DNA of 59,819 bases, filler included, from Jimgerdemannia flammicorona (GCA_003990765.1; 2 parts of 2 records of this genome joined end to end with filler, not necessarily neighbours in it), one strand, 5' to 3'. Shown: positions 1-14,081, counted from the first letter of the whole stretch. Numbers and translations are program-made. The notes: a model not told the origin generated them from the letters alone.

Positions 1-589
1 CACCCCTATCTGATCCCCCTAGGCCCCCCCCCTCTCTCAATTAAAGACCACTAGGTCATTAATTATCTCCACCCACCCACTACTCTGTTAATAAATCTCT
101 TCTACTAGACAGTAGTGACACCCACCCTGGGGACCTCACCCAATCCACCACCCTGTCAATATATCACCCATCAATCTCTCTCATCTCAACAACCTCTCCT
201 GTACTTACTAGTTGGCTTACTCAGAAGATTAAGGAATAAAGCCTTCTCCAGAGAAGTTGGCACTACTCATAGTATTTTGCCTAAGTTCAACATAGGGCTC
301 ATGAAATCCCAGCTACCCAGGCTCTATAAAACTGAGAACCCAGAGAGGACCAATAAGACAAAATGACTATCTCATCTAGAAATAAGACCCAGAACAACCA
401 AAAGGACTATAGAAAGATCAAGGCACTTAGTGATAATAAATGAAGACAGCTTTACAACAAGGGCCTGTACTTTATCTATAAGAAGGAAAGATATATATCC
501 TATGACTGTTTAGAAAAAAAGAACAAAGGCTTATCTAGTAAACTAAGAAAATATAGCATTACTGTAATTAGAGAATAATTAGGCAGGAA

Positions 590-981
590 AAGCCCAGAGA
601 ATATCATTAAGATCTAAGATATACCCAACTGATATACTCTACAGCAATCAAGATCTTACCATTTTACCAAGCTCAAATATAACAGTATAAACTAGTATTA
701 GTATACAAGCTTTTCAAGAAACTTATATTCATCTAACTAAGTAAAGTGGTCTTATTAAAGAATTTAACATTAGTCTGAGAGGAGGAGTTATTGATCAAGA
801 CTTTATAGGAGAGATCTGAGTCATCTTGTATAATTTTGATAAAATGCTCTTTAATATAAAGATTGGTCAGAAGATTGCCTAAACTATTATCAAAAAGATT
901 GAAGAAGATCTCACTATTGAAGAAGTCTTTAAACTAAAGAAGACTGACTAAGACAATTGAGAATTTGGCTATACTGACTAA
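590..981 (+). pseudogene. Degenerate dUTPase domain of a retroelement, preceded by a decayed CCHC knuckle at ~465-510
   Basis: Manual translation from 661: ...T(S)ISIQAFQETYIHLTK*SGL...GGVIDQDFIGEI*VILYN...KIGQKIA*...KKTD*DN*EFGYTD. This gives dUTPase motifs II-V in order, with stops explained by C>T/G>A transitions. Confidence 0.8.
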
Positions 982-1107
982 ATTTTCAACATGCAAAAGA
1001 TTAACACTAGTACTCCTTACTCTACTACCTTATCAGTTATAAGGTTTTGATAGATAATCCTCTGAGTATCTTTTTCACAACTTATTTTTAGGTTGGTTTG
1101 AAGAACA

Positions 1108-2198
1108 GTAGGAGGGAGAAAATAATAATGAGTTACCTCTTTATCAGTATCAGATTAGTACTTTCTCCTCTTTTTTATAATTTCTGGTATCTCTAACTAT
1201 ATCTAGAGTATATCTGTTTTGGTATAGCACCTTCTTTCTTTTACCATCATCAATAAGGTATCATTGTACTATATTATATACTATTTAGAGAGTTGGCAAC
1301 CTTGGGCATTAAGTAATAGTATAGATTATCTGTAGGTTTTCAGTACTTGAGATAGAGCTCTCTGAGCTTTATTGAGCTTTCCAGCAAGTGTAGTTCTGGA
1401 GTAGGTTACTGTTTTTCAGTTGGGGTCAGGATGAGAGAGGAGATGGCCATTATAAATAGAAGAAAGGATAATAACAATGAGTCAGTTGAGTGCTAGGCTA
1501 GAGACAGTCATTAGGGTTAGGGTAGATATTATCTTAGTAGGGCCTTTTAATTGACTAGTGAGTGGTGAGGTAGTGTAGTGGCAGTATCCTGACTGTATCC
1601 AGGAGCTGATATAGCAATGCAATTGAGACCTAGACTTAGGGAGTAGGACCTTTCTTATTTAGTAATATCTGACGAGAACTGAGAGCTAATAAAGTAATAT
1701 AATTAAGATCTATAGACTCAGAGAGTAGAGATTGGGGTCTTTTTAGGCCTTAGCTCATATGTTAATTCTTTTGATAGAGTCTCATGTATTGGTCCTTTAC
1801 TTATCTGCTATAAATCTATTCTGGTTCTTGTTAATTGGTTAGAGGGTTTTTTCTTTATTTCTATCTTTTATTTGAGATCAGAAAGATTATATTGTTCAGT
1901 TTTGGCATCACTAGATCTAATATATAGGTGTGCTCTCACAGTCTTGAACTAATGATCTAGCTCAGATGAACAGACAAGTCCAGTCTATATATTATTGAGA
2001 CAGAGATATACAATACTACTCTTATATAGCTAGGATGGTATAACTACTAATTCTCTCTATAGCTTAAGAATAATGAGATAGTAGCACTCAGGAGAGGGTG
2101 GGGGAGAGTTTTGGCCTATATAGTCTAGATTCTCTTTAAATAAAAATCTATAGAGACTTTATTCTATTTATAAAAAAAACAAAAAACAAAAAACAAAA
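1108..2198 (+). mobile_element. Poly(A)-tailed retroposon, copy 1 (non-LTR 3' portion or SINE-like)
   Basis: Collinear with 56111-57248. Ends in AATAAA followed by an A/(AAAAAC)n tail. Confidence 0.75.
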
Positions 2199-2259
2199 TA
2201 TCAATATATTGAAGGAAATCAGTCTTGATATCTGGTACTAGAGAATTGTAGATAGTTAT

Positions 2260-3175
2260 GAACTATGTTGATGATGCTCTCATTCTATTCAAATATACTA
2301 TATAGAATATATTAGTAAATACTATATATATCTCTCTAAAGTTTTTAAGATTCAAACTATAAAATATTAAAATAAAAAGATAACAGTCAAAGCAAAACCA
2401 AACCACACTACTTGTAAAGAAAACTGAGAAGAAACAAGTAACCTTTAGTGATAGCAAGATCCAGCCATTGACTCAAGTCTGTGAAAATCTACTACTCAAG
2501 ATCAGTAAATATTAAGAGAAACTAGATTTCAATATTTTAGATCTTCTAGAATATAATATTAACCTTTGAAAAACTAAGTTGACTAAGTACAACTCTTATA
2601 TCAACTAGAAGATAAATAAGGTTGACCTATAGTATAAAGGAAGAAAGATCACCTTAATATTTTAGTAAAATAGAACTATATAACTATTATGAGATTAAAC
2701 TTATCTCTGCCATCTAAATGAAGAGACTATCTCATAAAAAGGGAAATACCTACTATATCTATACAGTAGAAGAGATAGTAAAAGCTCCAACCAGCCTAGT
2801 CCTACAAGAAGCTCAGAAACCCATAGATCTTTCACCTAAGCATCAAATCTAATAAGGATTAATCTCATCTCAGAAGCAGAACTCCCATATAAGAGTATCT
2901 ATCTACTAGCCCACCTGAGCTCAAGGTCCTTAAGTAAGAATTGATCAAACTACTGACTTAAGAATATATTGAATCCAGTAGATCAATCTTTTGGACACTA
3001 ATTCTTTTTATCAAGAAGAAAGATAGTTTATTATAAATATATATTGACTACTGAGCTCTCAATAAGTTCACTATCAAGAACTTATATACTCTCTTAAAGA
3101 TTGATAAGCTACACTATATATCAGATCTTTAAGGCTAAGATATTCTCTTTACTAGACCTGTGAAATAGATATCAA
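2260..3175 (+). mobile_element. Degenerate Ty3/Gypsy pol fragment (protease C-terminus and start of RT)
   Basis: Reads ...LF.KKKD.L...IDY*ALNKFTIKN.Y.L..ID at ~3000-3110. Protease tail DLLEYNINL*...KYNSYIN* at ~2540-2610. Confidence 0.7.
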
Positions 3176-3199
3176 ACAAAAAGCAATATATTTTATTCT

Positions 3200-4026
3200 A
3201 CTATAAAGAAACAGTACTTCTGAAGAGTGGGACAGAATCTGTAGCTAATAGGCTAGTAGTCAGTAGATATTGATGAGATGTAGAACTAAGCTAAAGTCTG
3301 GTCTTAGAGTACTAAGATATAGCAGTAGCTTTCTCTGAAGTTCTGAATAGTATGGCAGTATATTTTGAAATATCAAGCTGAACTTTTGATCAGACTACTT
3401 GATAGAAGTAGGAATTTTTGAGTATAAGAATTGTTATACATAATATAGAGCAGAGAGGGGAGATTATACAGAAGCCTGAATATTGGCTAGATGAGTGTAA
3501 GATACTTGATGACTTTTGGGTGATAGTTGGGAGTTATCTGGAGATAAGATAGTGAGATAGAAGAGAGGGGGAAAGATGGAATAACTTGAGGGAGTAGTTG
3601 ATGGAGTATATTGGTAATGAGTAGCTTACTATTAGGTAGGCATTGGTAGTGTGGGTAGAGCTGGCTGGATACTAGCTATATATATTCAAGAATAGAAAAT
3701 AGATAGTTTTAGAGGAAAGGATGACAAGATAGAAAAAGTTGATAGTAGATATTCTGTTAGGCTGATAGAGGGGGGTAGGGCCCTCAAGAAGAATACTATC
3801 AATATCTAGTAGAAGAAATATGTAAAAAAGTAATAGATGGATTAAGATGGTTAACAATCTGATAGTTTTTAAGAAAGTGAAAGTGAGAGGAAAGAAGTAT
3901 ATTAAAATAGAGTAGAGTGAAGTAGAGTTGGGTTAGAGCTACTTGTATGATATAAGAACTATGAGTTTATTATAGATTAGTTAATAAAGGAGGCCTAGTA
4001 CTTGTGAAAAAAAAAAAAAAAAAAAA
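3200..4026 (+). mobile_element. 5'-truncated LINE 3' end with poly(A) tail, related to 4232-9992
   Basis: 3480-3545 aligns to 9600-9665 (EHWL.EC..L.DFW). Poly(A) at ~4007-4026. Confidence 0.7.
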
Positions 4027-4231
4027 ACAAGACTTCTTCAATTTTAGTAAATACTAATAAGCAAACAAATAATTAAAAGGCTTCTTGATATATATATATA
4101 TCAAGTTCCTAAGTAATACCTTATTATTCAAGTTATATGTATAAGAATATAAAAGAGGTTGAAATAAATATTATTATATATAAATTCTTCAAATATTTAA
4201 TAACTCTTAAGTTAGATAATAATAATATATC

Positions 4232-7200
4232 AAGTGGGAGGACACTTTTCTCTACTACAATTCATATTACACACACTTTTACAACACACTTTCAAGTCAT
4301 TTATTGGAGAAAAGTACTAAGGCAATGGCAACTGACAAGCAAGCAGATGCATGTACTAGGTCAGATGGACCTGAGGCCTTCAACTGGCATCATGTTGGAT
4401 GAGGGTATGAATTAGAGATGGGGTTTTTCAGTGGTCTGAGTGGGCAGGGCAGCTCTGGCAGTAGAAGCAGCACTGGTGGTGGGGCCAGAGGGCAGAAGGG
4501 AAGGAGCTTTGTGGACATGCTATAGGCTGGAGACTGGCTGATGGGAGCTCATGGTGGGCAGGCAGGAGGGAAGGGAAAGCAGAAGATTGGGAATACTGGA
4601 GGTGCTGGGCCTCTGTCAGTGGGAGGTAGGGCTAGTGGGGTTGTTGCTAGGAGTAGCAGTGGGACTACTGATGGCAGTATGACTGGAAATCTGGAAAAAA
4701 AATCCAGATATGACCATTGATGAGAGGGCTGAGCAGATGGGCCCAAAGCAGAAGGGAGATCTGGCTGATGGTGTGACAGGGCTAGTGGTGGCACCATTAC
4801 TCAAGAAGTTGATCTTGGAGTTTGTAGCAACCTTGTGCTTCCAGGGCTTGGTAGTGATGATGAGGATGGTCCTGGAGATTATCTCGAAGCAGGTGGCTGG
4901 AGCTGTCTCAGTGAAGTTCCTGAAGGGTCTGGAGGGAGTTGAGATGGGCTTTGAGGGGGTGGGCATACTGGATGAGGCTCTAAAGACTAGTGTGGCAGTT
5001 AGGGAAATAGTTGTCTCTATAGTGTGCTGTCTGAGATGGGACTCCAGGGTGGTTCAGTTTCTGGTAAAGGGGGTGCCTATGGTAATAGCAGTCAAGATGA
5101 GGAGGAGGGTTGAGGAGGTGATGAGATAGTATGGCAATGTGGTTGATATTGGTTTTCAGATATGGGAGGGACCATCATCTGGACTAGAGATGTTGATATC
5201 AGAATTCGACTGGCAGAGAAGAAGGCCACTGGAAAAATGGGTGACTGACCAGTGATGATACTTTGGTGGGCTTTCAGTTATTGGGTGTCAAGGGTGAAAG
5301 GGAGTAAGGAGGAGGAGGAGGATCTGTTGGAGGCTCTGGAGGAGATGAGTGGAGCCATCAAGTGGTGGGCAAAGGCATGGAAGTTGTATGTAAAGTTGAC
5401 ACATCTGGAGATTGTTGATAAGAAATATATTTGCATTGATAAGAGGTAGTGGGAGAGGGCTCAAGGGTATAGGAGACAGAGGGAGCTACTGGTGAACATA
5501 AAAAGAGGGGTGAAATGGAAGGCTGGGGGCACTGAGAAGTCTTAGGGAGTGGAGGTGAGTATCTGGGCTAGTAAGGGTGGAGGAGATGTGGAGGAGGGCC
5601 TGGAGGGAGAGAAGATGACACTACACAAGAACCCATTTGTGGATGGTACATTTGAAGTCTGGGAACAGGTCATGGATGACACTCCCTCTCTAGTCTAGTA
5701 GGGTCCAGTTGCAAGCGGTTAGGCAGTAGAGGATTTGCAGATGAGAGGTGCTCAGTGGGTGTACTTTGGGGTTCCTGATGTGACAAAAGGCAGATAGGTG
5801 GTGGCAGTTGGCAAGGATGAGCTAGTGGATGTCCCAGAGGAGAGGTGGGATGAGATGGCCAGTATAGAGGCAGACACCTCAATGCTGAATGCAAGAAGGC
5901 CAGGGATGCCAGGAGGGAAGGAGGTGGGGAACCTGCTGTGGATGAGCAAGATGATGGATAACTTTACAGCTGAGGAGTTGGGGGAAGTGAACTTGCATGT
6001 GATGCCTGAGGAGAATTGGATATAGATTCTGCATGGAGATGGGGTGGTGGGGGCACTGAAGGCAGAGATACTTGAGATTCTTCTGGAGGAGGAGGGATAT
6101 AAGGTTGATAAGGAGAGGGAGGCTGAGCTGGCAGTCATTGCTGGTGAGTGTGCAGCCTACTGTTGGGCAGAGTATCATGGTTTACAACTCTGGCAGAAGG
6201 TATGCCTAGAGTATCATGAGAACTTTGAGAAAAGAGAGGATGGGGCAATGGCTGAACTTCTGATCAGGTTGGAGGCACAGGCAGTGGAAGAGAAGAAACT
6301 AGCTATGGAACATAACTTGGACTTTGCACTAGAGGAGTTGAATGTGGATTTTTAGAGATTGAAATTGATAATCAACATTATTCCTTATAAATAATACAAC
6401 TAACATTTTCTCTCTAAATGTGAATGGGTTAAGGGGTTCTGGACATTGTAAGAACATTTTTACTTGGCTTAAGGGATTGGAGGCTGATCTCTTTTTACTG
6501 CAGGATGTATGGTGTGAGGATGAGGAAGATCAGGTGGAGTGGACTAGAGAATGGGGAGGAGTTACTGCTTGAATTTGCAAAGTGGCAATTCTGGTGAGAA
6601 AGAGTAGAGGGGATTTGGGCAGAATCAAGAGCTGGGGTGACCATTTGGTCTGGGGAGAATGGTATCGACCTGGGTGGAAATTAGTGAGGGTGGGCTCCTG
6701 CTACTGCCCTGCAGTTAGGGGTAAGCAGATTGAGTGGATTAGGGATCTATTGGAGGAGGGTATTCTCTTAGAGAAAGACATCAATATTCTGGGAGGTGAC
6801 TTTAATATGATGCAGGATACATGGCTGGATAGAACTGATAGAGGAAGGAGTGCAGGCAGGAGGAGTGGTGGTTTAGATAAGTGGGAGGAGGTGGAGAACC
6901 TTAGCTCCTTAGGGGATATGGGTAGAATATAGTGGAGTGACAGGAGGGTCTATATATACTGGATGAATGGACTGGGTATGAGGATTGACTGGATTCTAAT
7001 GGCCAAATATTGGGGTGCAGATATTTGAAGGAATCTAGAGGTAGAGTGGTGCCCATAGTCTGATCACTGGGGGCTATTAGGGCAGGGGCAGTTTGGGTGG
7101 AGTGGAGATGGACCTGGATATTGGTGTCTTAACTCCTCCCTGCTGGCTGAGAAGGGGTTGTGGGACCTATGAGTGTAGGATATTCTAGTGAAGATCACTA

Positions 7201-9992
7201 ACTAGATACATGAGGGTTCATCTATAAGTGTCTGTTAGATGAGATTGAAGGAGGCTGTGAGGGTTTATTGGGGAGGAGCTGGTAGGGAGGCTAGGAGGCA
7301 GAGAAGGAAGTGAGTAAGGTGTGCTTCTAATAGGCTGATTAGATTGTAGATAGTATGGGCTGATTTGCTTTCTTCTGAAGAGGTGGAGGATTGGAGGTTG
7401 GAGTAGGCGAAATTGGAGGTAGTGGAGCTGCAATAGATATTGAGAGAGGAGGAGGAGATTCATATGAGAGGAATGGCTGCCAGATTACAGTGGCAGGGAC
7501 TTGAGGAGAGAGAGCAGCCTACTAGGTACTTGTCTAGGCTCCTCCAAGCTAGGAGGGTGCAATATCAATGAGATGGGGTCTTTGATGCTGAGGGGGATAT
7601 GGTGCATAGCATGCAACAGATCTTGGAGATACTGAAGGAGAGATGGAGGGGTCTGTGGAGTGAGAAGGAAGGGAGTGTAGATGAAGAGGTGATTGTAGAT
7701 ATGGTGGAGGAGTGGGAACTACTGCAAGTAGAGAGACTTAGTGACTTGATCATACCAGTCCAAGAGGAGGAGATCCAGAGAGTTCTTGTGGCAACTAAGC
7801 TTGGGATAGTGCCAGGAGAGGATGGATTATCTTGGGACTTCTGAAAGAAGATAGCAAAGGTCCCTAGAGTGTTAGGAGAGATGGTGGCCCTCTGTGACCA
7901 TATTCTTCTGAATGGTGAGTGGGTTGGAGAGCAGGACTTGGGGCTGGTGGCCTTATTGTACAAAGACAAGGGGAGGTGAGAGGACTGGAAGAACTGGAGG
8001 CCAATCATGCTTCTGGATATGGACAGGAAGATGGTGACTAAGATAATTGTTGCAAGGCTACAGAAGGTTGCCCAACAGGTGCTGGGTGAGGAGCAGCAGG
8101 ATATTGTAGGAGGCAGGCTTATCAGGGATGAGACTGCCTGGGTACATGGCATCATAGAAGTGGCCTGGGCATGTGGACTGGATGGTAGACTAGTCTTTTT
8201 GGACCAGGTGAAGACCTATGACCATGTTCAGCAGGTATTGCTAGGCAAGGTGCTGGATAGAATTGGTATTCCCCTATGATTTCGGGCTTCTATGTTGAAT
8301 CTGTTAGAGGGCAGTAGGGTGGTGCTGATGTGTAATGGTCACTAGGGTTTGGCATTTCCCTTGGGAAGAGGAGTTCCTCAGGGAGACCTGCTGTCTCCTA
8401 TTCTTTATGCCCTTTCATTGGAACCTTTGATGGATAGGATATAATAGAAGATGGCAGAGCTCTCTATGTATGGTGTAGTGTGCAAGGTGGGGGCCTTTGC
8501 AGATGATATGGTAATTGGACTTGGATCAGTAGCAGACATTGAGGCACTTAAGGAGACAGTGGAATGGTATGAGGTATACTCTAGGGCAAAACTCAACTGG
8601 CATAAGTGTGAGACAATAGTGTTGGAGAATGGGCTAGTGGGAGGAGATATCATTGGAACAATTGTCTCTACAGGAGAGATGGTGCAGTATCTGAGCTTCT
8701 TCCTTTCAGTATATGGATCTGTCTTGCCACAAGTGTGGTGGGAGAGGAGAGTGGCTATTTGGGGAGGCTCTTAGAGGTTGGGGGGGTCGCTACATCCTCT
8801 GGCAGGGCAGGTGTTGATTCTGAATATCTACTGGTTACCTGAGCTATGGTATGTGGCCTATCACTTAGACTTTCCAGCTTGGGTGGTGAAGAGGCTGACA
8901 AAACTGGCTAGAGATTGGATTTGGACAGAGAGGAGGTCCCAGCTCAGTTGGGATACTCTTGCAATACTAGTGGTTAGGAGAGGACTAGGCTTTGTAGACT
9001 TCTCTAAGTGGCTACATTGCCTGCAAGCTTGGTGGTTGAAAAGAGCTATTGAACTGCAGAGAGGAGGTTGGGTGCCACTGATGCAGAAAGTATAGGAGAT
9101 GAGATTCTCCCCTTAGGGGTCCTCAGGAGATTTGCTCTCTCTGGTGGGCTGAATAGAAGCCGATGGCTATGGTATAAGAGCTTCTGGTGAGGGGTAGTGG
9201 ATGGAGCACACTGGAGGCCTGTGCTGGCAAGACAATGAGGAGGAGGTACTGTAGGGTCCAGCTATGTGGCAATGGGACAGACTGCTTCTGAGGAGTGTTC
9301 CACTTGCTAAGTTTGATATTAGTGATAAAGTAGAGTATCAGCAGGGACTTGGCCAGGATCTTTGGCTGAGTAGTTGGCAGGCAGTGAGGATTGGCAAGGA
9401 GTGGGACTGGGCAGGAGTCTGGTCATAGAGTACTGAGGTGTGGAGGTGACTTCCTCCCAAGTTCTGGGTGGTATGGTGGCAGATACTGAGGAGGAATATC
9501 ATGTTGAATTTCTGTACTGTGCATCTGGTGGATAGTGGCCAATTAGACTGTAAGGAGTGTTATAATGTAGGGCAAGTTGGGGGATTTGTACAAATATCTG
9601 AACATTGGCTGGGAGAGTGTGAGGTTCTGAGAGACTTTTGGATAGTAGTAAGAGACCAGCTGGGTGGAGAGGAGGTTGAATAGAGAGAGAGGTCACTAGG
9701 AGGATTTGAAATCTCAATTAGTGGGAGGTGTCAGCAATGGTTGGCTTACTGTAGGGTAGGTTTTAGTAGTATGGGTAGAGTTGGCTAGACATTGGCTCTT
9801 TGTTTTTGAGAAAGGGTGACAGATGAGTATACAGGAGAAGTTGTGAAGATAGGAGGGGTTGTTGGGAGAACTGCTGACTGGGTATTGGGTTGGTTGGAGT
9901 CCCCAGGGTGGGTAATGTATATTATATAGAGGATAGACAGGTGTATTAATAAAGGATGGAGTCTGAGTGACTATAAAAATAATAATAATAAT
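4232..9992 (+). mobile_element. Near full-length decayed L1/Tx1-clade LINE (ORF1 ~4320-6355; ORF2 APE endonuclease + RT ~6390-9950)
   Basis: Endonuclease motifs NIFSLNVNGLRG, LLQD, GGDFN, RID, SDH, GPGYW.LNSSLL. RT motifs PGEDGL, NWRPIMLLDMDRK, GRLIRD, LDQVKTYD, GVPQGD.LSP, FADD. Many stops. (TAA)n tail. A weak possible TSD ATAATATATC lies at 4222-4231 and 9993-10002. Confidence 0.92.
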
Positions 9993-11464
9993 ATAATATA
10001 TCTTAAAGAAAAGAAAAATGATAATATATATATCTCTATTGAAATATTATAAAACTCTTAAGTACTTTATTATATATATTATATTTTTAATATAATAAAA
10101 TAATAAGCTTATTGTAATAAAAAAATATTTATATACTTAAAGAGTTAATAATTATTTCTTAATATTGAATATATAATTAATAAAACTCTAACTATAATAA
10201 CTATATTAGAGACTTATATTATAATTATATTAGATAATATAATATTAAAAACTTAGATATATAAGTTTAGTAACTCTATATTAAATAATAATAAATAATT
10301 TAAAAAACCAATACTAAATACTATATTTAAAAAAAGCTTCTATAATAACTATATAGTAAATAAAGATATATATATATTATTTAATATTAATAAATAGTTA
10401 AATAAACATCTAACTTTCTGAATATTATATATAAAAATATCTACAGTCATATATATACTTTTTTTTATTTATATTATATAAAAAGTATTTGTATATCTTT
10501 TCTTAGTAAAGAGCAATAACCTAAAGAGGTTTAAAGAGATTAAAGCAATGACCAAGAGTAATACAGAATATAAAATAATAACTATTTACTAAAAAATATA
10601 TTAATGAAATATTTAAATACTTCTTAATAATATATAAAATTTAATATTACATATATAATAATCCTTATTAAAATAGTATGACAGAGTGCTCTAATTATAT
10701 AATTGTGAAAATTGCATATATGCCAATTTATATGACTAACTTATTTTATACTTTTATGTTAAAGTAATAATAATAGAAGTATATATATATAATTGATACT
10801 TACCTAAAGCTTATATAAAGATACTCTATATAATAGTGATCATGATGACTAGAGAAATACTATACAATAAGATTTATAGGTAGTGAGAAACCTGATGTCT
10901 CATATTTATATATCTTTGAAAATAAAACCTATATACTTGATAAAAGCAATAGTAATCAATATAAATTCAAGCTGCACTCCTCTTGTAGCTTTTGTAACAA
11001 CAAAGTCACTTAACCAGCCAATGAGATAATGTCATTTTGAGTTTACACACATGCAATTACTCATGGTATCAATATATCCTGGTCCCAAAATAATATACAT
11101 AGCGAAATATAAATATAAGTTTCCTGGAAATCCCCGTGACCATGCAGGATATCGCCATCTGCATTTCCCAGTTTGGCTATTTCCTCTATCTGTTACTCTT
11201 TTCGACAATTATCTGTCTGTCGACGAACTTTATTTGTGACTGAACTTTCGGCTGTCCCGGATGGCACGTTATCGACAGAGTAACAAAGTATGAGCGACTC
11301 CGTGTTGGTTATTGTCGAGTCACCTGAGCAGCTGAGATCGTCAGTTTCGCTTTTTCTTACTTACGAAACATCCCAGACATGATTCAGGGCTCATAAAGTG
11401 CAGAGAGTCTTGCATGGACTCCCCTTGCAATTAGATTGTTTGTATTGCTCATGTCGCATGTTGC

Positions 11465-11590
11465 AGATGCGGCAAGACGGGGTACATGCATATATGGCTC
11501 TAAATGTACTGCGACTACTGCGGCAAGACGAGGTGCATGCATGCATCGCTCCAAATGTACTGCGGCAGGACGGGGTGCATGTAAATTTAC
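11465..11590. repeat. Short tandem repeat, ~3 copies of a 43-52 bp unit (TGCGGCAAGACGGGGTGCATGC...CTCCAAATGTAC)
   Basis: Unit directly visible three times; CpGs retained. Confidence 0.8.
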
Positions 11591-12866
11591 TGAACCGACG
11601 GTTGTGCACAAAGCCACTTCGAACGCGAACTTGGTGTGTGGGCTAGCTCTAATACTTCATTCACAGATTTGATTGGCAGAATATAAAAAAGGGGAAATAT
11701 TACCTACATGCCCTGCAGACCAGCATCTACATTCTGATCATGGATTGTGTGGTCGAGGTAACCTCTGCCACCTGGCCTTCTCGCGTGTTCGTATTCCTTT
11801 TCGGTCGTGCTTTATGTCACTACCATGTGGACACAAACATGTTAGTTGACATCCGTCCAATAAGTAGGATACCGGTTGCGGTGACAGAAGCGACCATCAT
11901 CTGGATGGCAAATAAAGCATCTCTCTACATTTAATTTGAGTAACTAATATTTGGCAAATAATTTTGACGGCAATTTCATTGTGACACCTTCGAACATTCT
12001 ATTTGACAGATCATAACAGATTGGCCAGGTATCGATCTCGAGGTCACTTCCAAAAGAAACGTAGAAATTCTCAGTAAATTTACTTCTGTGATTCTTTCGG
12101 AAGCTGAAGAATGCTTAATTGAAAATTCTTCCTACACTTTACACAACAAAATCAGCGCCTTTGCCTGGGCAGTGACTTATATTCAGCGCGATTGATAATG
12201 TTCATTTATTTCTATACCTGATTAGGACATATCCTTAAACATTACCAGCAATTGTTTGCTGTAACAAACTGTTTGTGAGCGACAATTGTACACCATGTTA
12301 TTGTATGACGAACATTTCGATTAACACCGGCCACATCTCCATAACGTAATCTTTGTAGTGAGTATGCATAATTTTCATTTTTCGGGGGTTGAACCTAATT
12401 TCCCGCCTGTAACGGAGACAAACCTGTCAAGTTTTGAACGGGCAGCTGCGCCATGCGTGACAGTTTTCCGAATAGATACCGTCTAGACTCGGAAACAGAA
12501 AGAGAGAATTGGAGTTGCAATATAATTATAAAAAACTGTAAAAACACATTCGGCTGGAACCTCGCGTCTTGGTAAAAAAAAAAAAAAAAAGGAGGCAGAG
12601 AGAAGATGTAGCCATGTCGTGGAGCCGCTCGGGCCAGCTCGGAGTTACAGGGAAGTCTAAATTCACAAAATGAATGTGTAGTTACACAAATCGAAGAGCC
12701 ATAAACAAACCTATTTTACAATAAAAATATGTGATGGCATTAGTTTTGTTTATGGTCATGCGACTTGTGTCGGCACGCGTATAAATGTAGACAACATCGT
12801 ACAATCGTGGCAGCATCTCACAATTACACCAGCGCGGATCTTTATTCCTGAACTCCAAGCGATAAG

Positions 12867-14081
12867 ATGCCTGCGAAAACGCTCACCTTGAGCAAGGTAT
12901 CTGACCGCCCAACATGCGGCGTGGCGACGACATCGGCGGACCAATCGCAGACAATGAAAAATGCGGATACGAAGCATTTTATCACTCCGAATAATCGCAA
13001 GGTTTACGGTGTACTCAACTACTTCGCAATGGTGTTCGCCGTCATGTCCACCCAAGTCGCAAGCGTCGTGGCCCAGGACACACTGTCCATTCAGTACCGA
13101 AGCGTTGTAGACCCAATCTCGGCCGCTTTCACAGTGTTAGTCATTAATTCCTGGAATACCGCCAGCTATCTGATCCATGACAACACTGCAGAAAAAATCG
13201 GTGGTATGACATTCATCATCGGTGCGCCGGAATTTATCTGCCTATATCTCACTAGGAGAATATATGCTTTCTTTCGACTTCGGAAAGCTGGACTGGCACA
13301 ATATCAGGCGGCACTGATCGTACGGGGACAATTGATTCTCGCACACAGCACGGAGGAAGGAAAAATCGAAAAATTGCAATATAGTGAAGACATAGAATCT
13401 CGCCACATTGTCGACGGCAAGACTCTTGGGAGGGTCGATTTCGTAGAATATGTTGATGTAAGCTGGTTACTGCAAAAACGGGAGTTGGTTCCCACCGAAA
13501 TCGTCATCAAGGCTCAATCAGCGAGCTCGACAATAGGTCCCGTAATCGCATTGGTTCAGGCGGGATGGTCCCTTATCAATGGGGTCGAACGACTGGTGCA
13601 CAGGCAGGCGCTTTCAGGATTGGACGCAATTGGTTTGCAGTATAGCATGTTGAGTATACTCATTGCAGCAGAGGCGATTTTCATTCCAAATATTGGGCAC
13701 GATTTCGTTCATATCGTCAACGAGACCAAGCAAGAATCGCTCGACCATAATGTCTCTATAGGTGGTTCAGAAAGTATTTTGATGCATTTCATATTGCCTT
13801 GGACGATATACGCTCTCGGTGCCGCGCTCCAAACGCAGGTGGATTTCCCTTCATATGCCATCTGGCTCGCCGTAATGGTGCTGTACGCATTACGAATTGT
13901 AACCATAACTATTTCAAGCATTCAACTTTTCACAAAAAATTTTCACTGTACAATCACACCAATTTCTGTTATTTTGAATACCTGTATAACAATCGCTTGG
14001 ATTGTCTTGTGTTCGATCGGGATCGCCAGACCAGAGATTCTCGTAAAAACTGACTTAGCCTTCAACTGGCCGCATTTGTAA
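12867..14081 (+). CDS. Intronless 404-aa multi-pass membrane protein of a widespread uncharacterised fungal family
   Basis: Long uninterrupted ORF in a CpG-normal island with several hydrophobic helices. The segment IKAQSASSTIGPVIALVQAGWSLINGVERL...LSGLD and terminal WPHL resemble the fungal 'I.D.SK.D...K.....Q..W...Q...R....LP.S.LE ... W...PH' family. Confidence 0.75.
   Translation: MPAKTLTLSKVSDRPTCGVATTSADQSQTMKNADTKHFITPNNRKVYGVLNYFAMVFAVMSTQVASVVAQDTLSIQYRSVVDPISAAFTVLVINSWNTASYLIHDNTAEKIGGMTFIIGAPEFICLYLTRRIYAFFRLRKAGLAQYQAALIVRGQLILAHSTEEGKIEKLQYSEDIESRHIVDGKTLGRVDFVEYVDVSWLLQKRELVPTEIVIKAQSASSTIGPVIALVQAGWSLINGVERLVHRQALSGLDAIGLQYSMLSILIAAEAIFIPNIGHDFVHIVNETKQESLDHNVSIGGSESILMHFILPWTIYALGAALQTQVDFPSYAIWLAVMVLYALRIVTITISSIQLFTKNFHCTITPISVILNTCITIAWIVLCSIGIARPEILVKTDLAFNWPHL

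Noticed and set aside
4549..9717. Numerous short minus-strand ORFs in the ORF track
   Set aside because: Antisense shadows of G-rich LINE sequence (also at 25454-29708), with no domain motifs.
10000..10900. Centromere-like or origin-like AT-rich tract
   Set aside because: More simply explained as end-stage transition-decayed retroelement sequence like the other AT-rich blocks. No distinctive repeat structure.
11465..11590. Repeat-spacer-like array
   Set aside because: Only ~3 units, and the intervening parts are homologous to each other, so it is a simple tandem repeat.
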